Of a DNA stretch of 64,000 nt, positions 55,701-64,000 are shown one piece after another. Where the stretch lies: contig OZ244207.1 of NCBI GenBank assembly GCA_965216875.1, forward strand, positions 7,872,001-7,936,000, written 5' to 3'. This DNA is from Rubripirellula sp. (GTDB taxonomy: Bacteria; Planctomycetota; Planctomycetia; Pirellulales; Pirellulaceae). Below the pieces are notes generated by a model. The model was given only the letters and a program-made list of their open reading frames with translations, searched no databases and had not been told where the DNA came from. Positions within the stretch are counted from its first letter, which is position 1. Each line of letters begins with the position of its first letter. A program made the translations under genes and the position numbers.

Positions 55701-58700
55701 TGGTGGTGAGGGTGACGGTAAGCGTGTCGCTCACGCCAGCGTCGATATCGCCGAAGTCGACTGCGGATAAGTCGATGGTCGATGAAACATCTTCAATGGC
55801 TGAAACCGTCGCGGGCAGTGATCCATTGTTGGTTGGGTCGTCGTTGGTTGCCGTGATGTCGACGGCAACACTTCCCAAATCGATGTCGGTCCCGCCACCG
55901 GTGCCGGTGTTTCCGTTGTCGTTGATTTCAACCTGAATCGAATCGGCGCCCGAGCCGTTGGTGTTTGACGTCCCGTGCAGGTAGCTCAGGTTCGACGTGT
56001 TGTTGAAATAGGTGTTCAGGTCGGCGAGCGTACCGGTAATCGTGAGTGCCGTCGGAGTTCCACCGAAGGTGATGCCGGCCATCGCGGCAGCTGACAGATT
56101 CCCGCCCGTACTCGTGGTGAGGGTGACAGTGAGCGTGTCGCTTCCACCAGCGTCAACGTCGGCGAAGTCGACGGCAGAAAGATCGATCGTTGTCGAGACG
56201 TCTTCGGTCACCGTCACGCTTGCTGGCAGCGATCCATCGTTGGTCGGGTCGTCGTTGACACCGGAGATGTCGACCGAAACACTTCCCAGGTCGATGTCGG
56301 TTCCACCACCAGTACCGGTGTTTCCGTTGTCGTTGATTTCAACCTGAATCGAATCGGCGCCCGAGCCAAAGGTGTTAGCAGTGCCGTGCAGGTAGCTGAG
56401 GTTCGACGTGTTGTTGAAATAGGTGTTCAGGTCAGCGAGTGTACCAGTGATCGTCAGTGCCGAAGGTGTCCCACCGAAGCTGATGCCTGCCATCGCAGCA
56501 CCCGACAAGTTTCCGCCGGTGCTGGTGGTCAGAGTGACAGTGAGTGTGTCACTGCCACCGGCGTCGATGTCGGCGAAGTCAACCGCGGATAGGTCGATGG
56601 TGGTCGAAACGTCTTCGGTCACCGTCACGCTTGCTGGCAGTGAACCATCGTTGGTTGGATCGTCGTTGGTTGCCGTGATGTCGACGGCAACACTTCCCAA
56701 ATCGATGTCGGTCCCGCCACCGGTGCCGGTGTTTCCGTTGTCGTTGATTTCAACCTGAATCGAATCGGCGCCCGAGCCGTTGGTGTTTGACGTCCCGTGC
56801 AGGTAGCTGAGGTTCGACGTGTTGTTGAAATAGGTGTTCAGGTCGGCGAGCGTACCGGTAATCGTGAGTGCCGTCGGAGTTCCACCGAAGGTGATCCCGG
56901 CCATCGCAGCACCTGACAAGTTGCCGCCCGTACTCGTGGTGAGGGTGACAGTGAGCGTGTCGCTTCCACCAGCGTCAACGTCCGCAAAGTCGACGGCAGA
57001 CAAGTCGATGGTGGTTGACATGTCTTCGGTGACGGTCACGCTTGCTGGTAGTGATCCGTCGTTGGTCGGATCGTCGTTGACACCCGAAATGTCGACCGAA
57101 ACACTTCCCAGATCGATATCCGTTCCACCACCGGTACCAGTGTTTCCGTTGTCGTTGATTTCAACCTGAATCGAATCGGCGCCGGTTCCAAAGGTGTTAG
57201 CAGTGCCGTGTAGGTAGCTGAGGTTCGACGTGTTGTTGAAATAGGTGTTCAGGTCAGCGAGTGTGCCGGTGATCGTGAGTGCCGTCGGAGTTCCACCGAA
57301 GCTGATGCCTGCCATTGCAGCGCCTGACAGATTCCCGCCCGTGCTGGTGGTGAGGGTGACGGTAAGCGTATCACTGCCACCGGCGTCGATGTCGGCGAAG
57401 TCAACCGCAGACAAGTCGATGGTGGTCGAAACGTCTTCGGTGACCGTGACGCTTGCTGGTAGGGATCCGTCGTTGGTTGGGTCGTCGTTGGTCGCGGTGA
57501 TGTCGACGGCAACACTTCCCAGATCGATGTCGGTTCCGCCGCCGGTACCGGTGTTTCCGTTGTCGTTGATTTCAACTTGAATCGAATCGGCGCCCGATCC
57601 GTTGGTGTTTGACGTCCCGTGTAGGTAGCTGAGGTTCGACGTGTTGTTGAAATAGGTGTTCAGGTCAGCGAGCGTGCCGGTGATCGTGAGCGCCGTCGGA
57701 GTTCCACCGAAGGTGATGCCAGCCATTGCGGCAGCTGACAGATTCCCGCCCGTACTCGTGGTGAGGGTGACTGTGAGTGTGTCGCTTCCGCCAGCGTCAA
57801 CGTCCGCGAAGTCGACCGCGGAAAGATCAATCGTCGTCGAAACGTCTTCGGTCACCGTCACGCTTGCTGGCAGCGTTCCATCGTTGGTCGGGTCGTCGTT
57901 GACACCGGAGATGTCGACCGAAACAGTTCCCAAATCGATGTCGGTTCCACCGCCGGTACCGGTGTTTCCATTGTCATTGATTTCAACCTGAATCGAATCG
58001 GCGCCGGTTCCAAAGGTGTTAGCAGTGCCGTGCAGGTAGCTGAGGTTCGACGTGTTGTTGAAATAGGTGTTCAGGTCGGTGAGCGTACCGGTGATGGTTA
58101 GCGCTGTCGGAGTCCCACCGAAGGTGATTCCAGCCATCGCAGCACCTGACAAGTTTCCGCCAGTGCTGGTGGTCAGAGTGACAGTGAGTGTGTCACTGCC
58201 ACCGGCGTCGATGTCGGCGAAGTCAACCGCGGACAAGTCGATGGTGGTTGAAACATCTTCGGTGACCGTGACACTTGCTGGCAGTGAACCATCGTTGGTT
58301 GGATCGTCGTTGGTTGCCGTGATGTCGACGGCAACACTTCCCAAATCGATGTCGGTCCCGCCACCGGTGCCGGTGTTTCCGTTGTCGTTGATTTCAACCT
58401 GAATCGAATCGGCGCCCGAGCCGTTGGTGTTTGACGTCCCGTGCAGGTAGCTCAGGTTCGACGTGTTGTTGAAATAGGTGTTCAGGTCGGCGAGCGTACC
58501 GGTAATCGTGAGCGCCGTCGGAGTTCCACCGAAGGTGATGCCGGCCATCGCGGAAGCTGACAGATTCCCGCCCGTACTCGTGGTGAGGGTGACTGTGAGT
58601 GTGTCGCTTCCGCCAGCGTCAACGTCCGCGAAGTCGACCGCGGAAAGATCAATCGTCGTCGAAACGTCTTCGGTCACCGTCACGCTTGCTGGTAGTGATC

Positions 58701-61700
58701 CATCGTTGGTCGGATCGTCGTTGACAGCAGAGATGTCGACCGCAACGCTTCCCAGATCGATGTCGGTTCCACCACCGGTGCCGGTGTTTCCGTTATCGTT
58801 GATTTCAACCTGAATCGAATCGGCGCCTGATCCAAAGGTGTTAGCAGTGCCGTGCAGGTAGCTGAGGTTCGACGTGTTGTTGAAATAGGTGTTCAGGTCA
58901 GCCAGCGTACCGGTGATCGTGAGTGCGGTTGGTGTCCCACCGAAGGTGATGCCGGCCATCGCAGCACCTGACAGATTCCCGCCCGTGCTGGTGGTGAGGG
59001 TGACGGTAAGCGTGTCGCTACCGCCGGCGTCGATGTCGGCGAAGTCAACCGCGGACAAGTCGATGGTGGTTGAAATGTCTTCGGTCACCGTGACACTTGC
59101 TGGCAGTGAACCATCGTTGGTTGGATCGTCGTTGGTTGCCGTGATGTCGACGGCAACACTTCCCAAATCGATGTCGGTCCCGCCACCGGTGCCGGTGTTT
59201 CCGTTGTCGTTGATTTCAACCTGAATCGAATCGGCGCCCGAGCCGTTGGTGTTTGACGTCCCGTGCAGGTAGCTCAGGTTCGACGTGTTGTTGAAATAGG
59301 TGTTCAGGTCGGCGAGCGTACCGGTAATCGTGAGTGCCGTCGGAGTTCCACCGAAGGTGATGCCGGCCATCGCGGCAGCTGACAGATTCCCGCCCGTACT
59401 CGTGGTGAGGGTGACAGTGAGCGTGTCGCTTCCACCAGCGTCAACGTCGGCGAAGTCGACGGCAGAAAGATCGATCGTTGTCGAGACGTCTTCGGTCACC
59501 GTCACGCTTGCTGGCAGCGATCCATCGTTGGTCGGGTCGTCGTTGACACCGGAGATGTCGACCGAAACACTTCCCAGGTCGATGTCGGTTCCACCACCAG
59601 TACCGGTGTTTCCGTTGTCGTTGATTTCAACCTGAATCGAATCGGCGCCGGTTCCAAAGGTGTGCGGCGTCCCGTGAAGGTAGCTCAGGTTCGACGTATT
59701 GTTGAAATAGGTATTCAGGTCAGTGAGCGTACCGGTGATGGTTAACGCTGTCGGAGTTCCACCGAAGGTGATGCCTGCCATTGCCGCACCCGACAGATTC
59801 CCGCCGGTGCTGGTAGTGAGGGTAACGGTGAGTGTGTCACTGCCACCGGCGTCGATGTCGGCGAAGTCAACCGCGGACAAGTCGATGGTTGTCGAAACGT
59901 CTTCGGTCACCGTCACGCTTGCTGGTAGGGATCCATCGTTGGTCGGATCGTCATTGGTCGCCGTGATGTCGACGGCGACACTTCCCAAATCGATGTCGGT
60001 CCCGCCGCCAGTGCCGGTGTTTCCATTGTCGTTGATTTTAACTTGAATCGAATCGGCGCCCGAGCCGTTGGTGTTTGACGTTCCGTGCAGGTAGCTGAGG
60101 TTCGACGTGTTGTTGAAATAGGTGTTCAGGTCGGCGAGCGTACCGCTAATCGTGAGCGCCGTCGGAGTTCCACCAAACGTGATCCCGGCCATTGCCGCAC
60201 CTGACAAGTTTCCGCCCGTACTCGTGGTGAGGGTAACTGTGAGTGTGTCGCTTCCGCCAGCGTCAACGTCCGCGAAGTCGACCGCGGAAAGATCGATCGT
60301 TGTCGAGACGTCTTCGGTAGCCGTCACGCTTGCTGGCAGTGATCCGTCGTTGGTCGGATCGTCGTTGATACCCGAAATGTCAACCGAAACAGTTCCCAGG
60401 TCGATGTCGGTTCCACCACCGGTGCCGGTGTTTCCGTTGTCGTTGATTTCAACCTGAATCGAATCGGCGCCCGAGCCAAAGGTGTTAGCAGTTCCGTGCA
60501 GGTAGCTGAGGTTCGACGTGTTGTTGAAATAGGTGTTCAGGTCAGCGAGTGTACCAGTGATCGTCAGTGCCGAAGGTGTCCCACCGAAGCTGATGCCTGC
60601 CATCGCAGCACCCGACAAGTTTCCGCCGGTGCTGGTGGTCAGAGTGACAGTGAGTGTGTCACTGCCACCGGCGTCGATGTCGGCGAAGTCGACCGCGGAC
60701 AAGTCGATGGTGGTTGAAACATCTTCGGTGACCGTGACACTTGCTGGTAGGGATCCATCGTTGGTCGGATCGTCATTGGTTGCCGTGATGTCGACGGCGA
60801 CACTTCCCAAATCGATGTCGGTCCCGCCGCCAGTGCCGGTGTTTCCATTGTCGTTGATTTCAACTTGAATCGAATCGGCGCCCGAGCCGTTGGTGTTTGA
60901 CGTTCCGTGCAGGTAGCTCAGGTTCGACGTGTTGTTGAAATAGGTGTTCAGGTCGGCCAGTGTGCCCGTAATCGTGAGTGCCGTCGGAGTTCCACCAAAC
61001 GTGATCCCGGCCATTGCAGCAGCTGACAAGTTGCCGCCGGTGCTGGTGGTGAGGGTGACGGTAAGCGTGTCGCTTCCACCAGCGTCAACGTCCGCGAAGT
61101 CGACGGCCGACAAGTCGACGGTAGTCGAAACATCTTCGGTAACCGTCACGCTTGCCGGTAGTGATCCGTCGTTGGTCGGATCGTCGTTGACACCGGAGAT
61201 GGTGAATGTGAACGTCCCTGTGTGGGGTGACGAACCGCCTTCGCCGCCATCAGCAAGCGAGAAGTCAAAGCTATCGGTCGACGCCTCGCCGCCGGCGTGA
61301 TCGTAGGTGACATTGCCAGCGTCGATATCTGCTTGGGTGAATGTGTCGTTGAGTCCGAGTGCGCCGAATCCGGAGAGGAACAGGGTGCCGTGGTCGGTGA
61401 CATTGGTGACCGTGTAGGTGAGGTCCGATCCATCGTCATCCGGGTCACTCTCATTGAGCATCGCGGTCGTGAGCGTGTTGCCGGAAGAACCTTCCACGAC
61501 GGTCGCGCCGTTGTTGATGACCGTTGGCGACTGGTTTGGCGTGATGGTGATGTTGTCTGCAAATTCAGAGGTCGCACCGTACGCTGCCAAGTCGTCGACG
61601 CCGACCATGCCAGGAGCTTCGATTTCGGTTGCCGTCGCAGTGACATAATCACCGATCGCGAGGGTGACTCCCGAGATCGTTTGTGCACTAAACGAGGCGT

Positions 61701-64000
61701 CGCCACTGCCATCAGTTGTGACGGTCAGTGTACCGAGGAAAGTGTTGGCTTCCCCGTTGGTTGGGTCTTGCGAACCCGAAGCATTGCCGTAGAAATCGAT
61801 TCGGTAGGAGGTCGAGGCGACGCCCGTGTTCAAGCTTCCCGTAACGATGAGGTCGGTGCCAATCAGGCTCGCGATGGTCAGCAACGGAAAGTTCAACAGG
61901 TCATTGGCGCCAGTGTCACCGTCACCCGAATCGTTTGCGGTGACGCCGTCGTCACCCAGGTCGATTCCCAGGCCAGTATTGGAATGAATGGTGTTGCCAA
62001 GGAGCGTGGCTTCGGAGTCGCCGGTTGCCGCAATTCCGTCTTGCCCATTGTTCGCAATCAGGTTTCCTGCGCCCGCTGTCGTTCCACCGATTAGGTTGCC
62101 TGTCCCACCGTTGGCGTCGTCGATCAAGACACCGCTGCCGGTGTTCGCAAGCGCGGTCGTGCCATCGGCAGCCGTCCCGATGTAGTTACCTTGAACGACG
62201 TTGTTGGATCCGTCGATCGCGACGCCCCACGAGTTGTTTCCTGAGATCACGTTGCCTTCACCGGCGCCATCGCCACCCAGGGTGGTGCTGTCACCACTAA
62301 TCAACACGCCACCCCAAGCACCGATTCCGGCTTGACCGTTAGCAATCGCAGTCGTGCCATCGAAGTTCGTTCCGATGTAATTGCCTTGGATGGTGGTTCC
62401 CGTGACTCCGGCGCCGATCTCAATGCCTTCGTCGCCGTTGCCCGAGATCACGTTGCGATCCGATGCGTTGGTTCCGCCGATCACCGTGTTGTTGGCGCTA
62501 CTAGAAACGTGAATGCCGTCCGATCCATTGCCAACGGCGGCAGTCCCGGCCTGATTCAAACCGATGTAGTTGCTTCGAATTACATTTGCGGTACTCGAAG
62601 CTCCCGAGACGAGAATACCGTGTCCGGTGTTGCCAGAAATGACATTGCGAGCGGCGGTCGATCCGCCGATTGTATTGCTGTTGGCGCCCGACAGAATCTC
62701 GACGCCGTGGGTGGAGTTGGCGATCGCCCCCGTGCCATTGAGGTTCAAGCCAATGTAGTTGCCTTGAACGAGAGTCGCCGTCGTTGCAGCCCCACTGAGC
62801 GAGATACCGGCGAGCGTGTTGCCCGAAATCACGTTGCGATGATTTGCGGTGGTGCCCCCGATCGTGACGGCAGCTGTTTCAGAGACTTCGATCCCCGCGC
62901 CGCCATTGCCGAGGTCGGCCAGGCCGGTCGAGTCCGTTCCGATCAAGTTACCGGTGATCGTCGTTCCCGATCCGCCGCTTGAAATCGAGATCCCGGCGCC
63001 GGTGTTGCCCGAAATCACGTTCGCCGCTCCGGCGCTCAACCCGCCGATCGTTGTATTGGTCGCACCGGCACTCACGTGAACACCAGACAAACCGTTCGCA
63101 TAGGCCGTTGTGCCATCGTTGCCGATCGTGTTTCCTTCGATGACCGTGCCAGTGACGGGAACCGTGTGCGTCCCGTTGGTGGTTCCATCGACGAAGATCC
63201 CGTGCCCGGCGTGATTGCCGATGAGGTTGCCTTGGCCAGCACTGGGGCCACCGATTCGGTTGTTATCCGAACCGAGGCTGACAAGGATGCCATGACCAGC
63301 GGTAGCCGCTGCGGTGACGCCGTCCGCAAGGAATCCAATGATGTTGCCTTCAACAATGTTGTTGTCTGAATTGTTGAAGATCACAATCGACGCAAAGCCA
63401 GCGTTCGTACCCGCGATCACGTTGGCTTCGTTGACACCAGCGCCACCGATTTGATTGTTGCTGGCGCCCCAGGCCATCATGATGCCATGCTCGGCATTGC
63501 CATGGACGTTGTTTTCTAGGTCGATACCAACCCAGTTGTTTTGGACGGTGTTATTGTCGCCACCGTGAAGCTCAATGCCTTCATCAGGGGAACCGTGAAC
63601 CGAGAACCCTTTGATCGTGCTGTTGCTCGCACGCACATTGAAGATGGCATCGCCCGAAGCCATGCTTGACGCGTCAATCTCGATCACAGGCCGACCCGTT
63701 CCCGCGTTGTATCCGGACTGTGTGGTCGCATCGATGATCACCGAGTCGGTGATGTCGCCAAGGAAGGTCGATTGATTGATTTCCCAATACTCGTCCCCGT
63801 TGGCGGGGATCGCGTCCGGGTCAACGTAGCCAGCATCTGAGGTGCTGATGTCGAAATAGATCTCGTCGGGGCCGCCGTTGTTTGTGGTGTTGTTGGCGGC
63901 CTGGATCGCTTCGATCAGCGAGATCTCGCCATCGGCACCGCGGTCAAGCAACAGAGCCGAGATGGAGCTGGTGTCACCGTCGGCTTGGTCACTTGTCGTT
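52795..64000 (-). CDS. Giant surface adhesin, 3' part (>3730 aa; 5' end lies beyond the window)
   Basis: The frame is open to 64000 (TTSDQADGDTSSISALLLDRG...ISLIEAIQAAN). Beta-helix repeats (GNYIG...NVISGN), two CSPG/cadherin-like domains (FTQADIDAG.VTYDH), 15 x 137-aa repeats, three cadherin repeats, a tandem-95/Big domain, a PD/PE linker and a C-terminal hydrophobic anchor. Confidence 0.92.
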   Translation of the reverse strand, partial: TTSDQADGDTSSISALLLDRGADGEISLIEAIQAANNTTNNGGPDEIYFDISTSDAGYVDPDAIPANGDEYWEINQSTFLGDITDSVIIDATTQSGYNAGTGRPVIEIDASSMASGDAIFNVRASNSTIKGFSVHGSPDEGIELHGGDNNTVQNNWVGIDLENNVHGNAEHGIMMAWGASNNQIGGAGVNEANVIAGTNAGFASIVIFNNSDNNIVEGNIIGFLADGVTAAATAGHGILVSLGSDNNRIGGPSAGQGNLIGNHAGHGIFVDGTTNGTHTVPVTGTVIEGNTIGNDGTTAYANGLSGVHVSAGATNTTIGGLSAGAANVISGNTGAGISISSGGSGTTITGNLIGTDSTGLADLGNGGAGIEVSETAAVTIGGTTANHRNVISGNTLAGISLSGAATTATLVQGNYIGLNLNGTGAIANSTHGVEILSGANSNTIGGSTAARNVISGNTGHGILVSGASSTANVIRSNYIGLNQAGTAAVGNGSDGIHVSSSANNTVIGGTNASDRNVISGNGDEGIEIGAGVTGTTIQGNYIGTNFDGTTAIANGQAGIGAWGGVLISGDSTTLGGDGAGEGNVISGNNSWGVAIDGSNNVVQGNYIGTAADGTTALANTGSGVLIDDANGGTGNLIGGTTAGAGNLIANNGQDGIAATGDSEATLLGNTIHSNTGLGIDLGDDGVTANDSGDGDTGANDLLNFPLLTIASLIGTDLIVTGSLNTGVASTSYRIDFYGNASGSQDPTNGEANTFLGTLTVTTDGSGDASFSAQTISGVTLAIGDYVTATATEIEAPGMVGVDDLAAYGATSEFADNITITPNQSPTVINNGATVVEGSSGNTLTTAMLNESDPDDDGSDLTYTVTNVTDHGTLFLSGFGALGLNDTFTQADIDAGNVTYDHAGGEASTDSFDFSLADGGEGGSSPHTGTFTFTISGVNDDPTNDGSLPASVTVTEDVSTTVDLSAVDFADVDAGGSDTLTVTLTTSTGGNLSAAAMAGITFGGTPTALTITGTLADLNTYFNNTSNLSYLHGTSNTNGSGADSIQVEINDNGNTGTGGGTDIDLGSVAVDITATNDDPTNDGSLPASVTVTEDVSTTIDLSAVDFADIDAGGSDTLTVTLTTSTGGNLSGAAMAGISFGGTPSALTITGTLADLNTYFNNTSNLSYLHGTANTFGSGADSIQVEINDNGNTGTGGGTDIDLGTVSVDISGINDDPTNDGSLPASVTATEDVSTTIDLSAVDFADVDAGGSDTLTVTLTTSTGGNLSGAAMAGITFGGTPTALTISGTLADLNTYFNNTSNLSYLHGTSNTNGSGADSIQVKINDNGNTGTGGGTDIDLGSVAVDITATNDDPTNDGSLPASVTVTEDVSTTIDLSAVDFADIDAGGSDTLTVTLTTSTGGNLSGAAMAGITFGGTPTALTITGTLTDLNTYFNNTSNLSYLHGTPHTFGTGADSIQVEINDNGNTGTGGGTDIDLGSVSVDISGVNDDPTNDGSLPASVTVTEDVSTTIDLSAVDFADVDAGGSDTLTVTLTTSTGGNLSAAAMAGITFGGTPTALTITGTLADLNTYFNNTSNLSYLHGTSNTNGSGADSIQVEINDNGNTGTGGGTDIDLGSVAVDITATNDDPTNDGSLPASVTVTEDISTTIDLSAVDFADIDAGGSDTLTVTLTTSTGGNLSGAAMAGITFGGTPTALTITGTLADLNTYFNNTSNLSYLHGTANTFGSGADSIQVEINDNGNTGTGGGTDIDLGSVAVDISAVNDDPTNDGSLPASVTVTEDVSTTIDLSAVDFADVDAGGSDTLTVTLTTSTGGNLSASAMAGITFGGTPTALTITGTLADLNTYFNNTSNLSYLHGTSNTNGSGADSIQVEINDNGNTGTGGGTDIDLGSVAVDITATNDDPTNDGSLPASVTVTEDVSTTIDLSAVDFADIDAGGSDTLTVTLTTSTGGNLSGAAMAGITFGGTPTALTITGTLTDLNTYFNNTSNLSYLHGTANTFGTGADSIQVEINDNGNTGTGGGTDIDLGTVSVDISGVNDDPTNDGTLPASVTVTEDVSTTIDLSAVDFADVDAGGSDTLTVTLTTSTGGNLSAAAMAGITFGGTPTALTITGTLADLNTYFNNTSNLSYLHGTSNTNGSGADSIQVEINDNGNTGTGGGTDIDLGSVAVDITATNDDPTNDGSLPASVTVTEDVSTTIDLSAVDFADIDAGGSDTLTVTLTTSTGGNLSGAAMAGISFGGTPTALTITGTLADLNTYFNNTSNLSYLHGTANTFGTGADSIQVEINDNGNTGTGGGTDIDLGSVSVDISGVNDDPTNDGSLPASVTVTEDMSTTIDLSAVDFADVDAGGSDTLTVTLTTSTGGNLSGAAMAGITFGGTPTALTITGTLADLNTYFNNTSNLSYLHGTSNTNGSGADSIQVEINDNGNTGTGGGTDIDLGSVAVDITATNDDPTNDGSLPASVTVTEDVSTTIDLSAVDFADIDAGGSDTLTVTLTTSTGGNLSGAAMAGISFGGTPSALTITGTLADLNTYFNNTSNLSYLHGTANTFGSGADSIQVEINDNGNTGTGGGTDIDLGSVSVDISGVNDDPTNDGSLPASVTVTEDVSTTIDLSAVDFADVDAGGSDTLTVTLTTSTGGNLSAAAMAGITFGGTPTALTITGTLADLNTYFNNTSNLSYLHGTSNTNGSGADSIQVEINDNGNTGTGGGTDIDLGSVAVDITATNDDPTNNGSLPATVSAIEDVSSTIDLSAVDFGDIDAGVSDTLTVTLTTSTGGNLSGAAMAGISFGGTPSALTITGTLADLNTYFNNTSNLSYLHSVPATSGVGADSIQVEINDNGNTGTGGGTDINLGSVSVDIGGVNNDPTNDGSLPASVTVTEDAATSIDLSAVDFADIDAGASDLLTVTLSTSTGGNLTAATMAGITLGGTPSAITLTGTLTDLNTYFNNTSNLSYQHTTLNLNGVGADSIQVEINDNGNTGAGGGTDIDLGSISVDITAVNDSPTVILNGPTFVEGSTGNTITTAMLAESDVDDAGAGLTYTITNVTDNGTLFLAGFGALGLNDTFTQADIDAGLVTYDHDGTETNSDAFSFSLADGGEDGAVPATGTLNIAITLINDNAITSVSDSDGGADFVLENSTIGATVGVTAFADDLDVGDTVTYTLDDNDGGRFAIDLNSGIVTVAGAIDRELDGATRSITVRATSTDGSFQTQSFTISIGDVNEFAVSSTTDIDATGNNVNENATVGTTVGITASASDADATNNNVTYTLDDDDGGRFAIDLNSGVVTVAGSIDRELDGASRNITVRSTSSDGSSTTSVFVIAINDVNESPVGSVSDVDGSANSVAENAITGTVVGITGSAIDPDASDSITYSLADSAGGRFAIDSASGVVTVVGGLDHETDTSHNITVRATSSDGSFSDGVFSINITDVNEAPIANNDSYSTTSGSSMVVGTPGVLVNDFDPEGDPMMAILVTPPTHGNVTVLANGTINYTSDAGFVGVDTLTYQVSDGSLLGNIVTVEITVIGGVPDPDPEPDPDPEPDPEPEPDPEPDPEPDPEPDPEPETEDDSLDGDESPADSGTTVGVAPQSISAKERAAKERMPGDMSPEEERANAAKRLRDAAMEAASRGYSGDLSRLEFSSQQYSAEIEMLERLLHLDMEQAIVWQQWDEAQEDFGQTPMSYFVGTAGAGAGVFSVGYVLWALRGGAFMTAVASSMPAWRMIDPTSLLTAYRTARGKDGLDRFLG
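53338..53449 (-). repeat. (PD/PE)n low-complexity linker
   Basis: PDPDPEPDPDPEPDPEPEPDPEP..., encoded by 6/12-bp microrepeats. Confidence 0.9.
55027..61191 (-). repeat. 15 tandem 411-bp (137-aa) intragenic repeats
   Basis: Units start (V/T/I)NDDPTNDGSLPASVTVTED. The antisense shadow ORFs recur at an exact 411-bp period (55190 to 60944). Confidence 0.95.

Noticed and set aside
55190..61300. Series of 111-aa plus-strand ORFs at a 411-bp period
   Set aside because: Antisense shadows of the adhesin repeats.

Overview
This 64-kb window looks like chromosomal DNA from a Pirellulaceae-type planctomycete. The evidence is the LEPR-xLL extracellular motif, a PVC-type heme-binding dehydrogenase, a BBP7-like beta-barrel, an ECF sigma factor next to Ser/Thr kinases, and GTAG-type REPs. 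It holds about 29 CDSs, two of them cut by the window edges. Housekeeping genes include yjbQ, folC, an Sfp-type PPTase, a DksA/TraR protein, an HtrA protease, MATE, a rhomboid, IscA/ErpA, speA, an MMPL transporter and transaldolase. Four things stand out. (1) A minus-strand phospho-signalling cluster: a giant degenerate-FHA/coiled-coil membrane protein, an ECF sigma factor with a non-canonical DAED motif, a translationally coupled pseudokinase, and an intact Zn-ribbon Ser/Thr kinase, with a WD40 kinase nearby. (2) A CsrA domain fused to a HisKA-like helix and a receiver domain. (3) A >3700-aa adhesin with 15 x 137-aa repeats in an alternating A/B pattern and a distinctive C-terminal membrane motif, directly upstream of a membrane PAS-GGDEF-HD-GYP(-Hpt-like) protein. 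(4) At least five distinct REP/REPIN-like palindrome families in the intergenic spaces. I saw no rRNA, tRNA, CRISPR array or transposase. All family assignments come from reading motifs by eye; no database searches were run.
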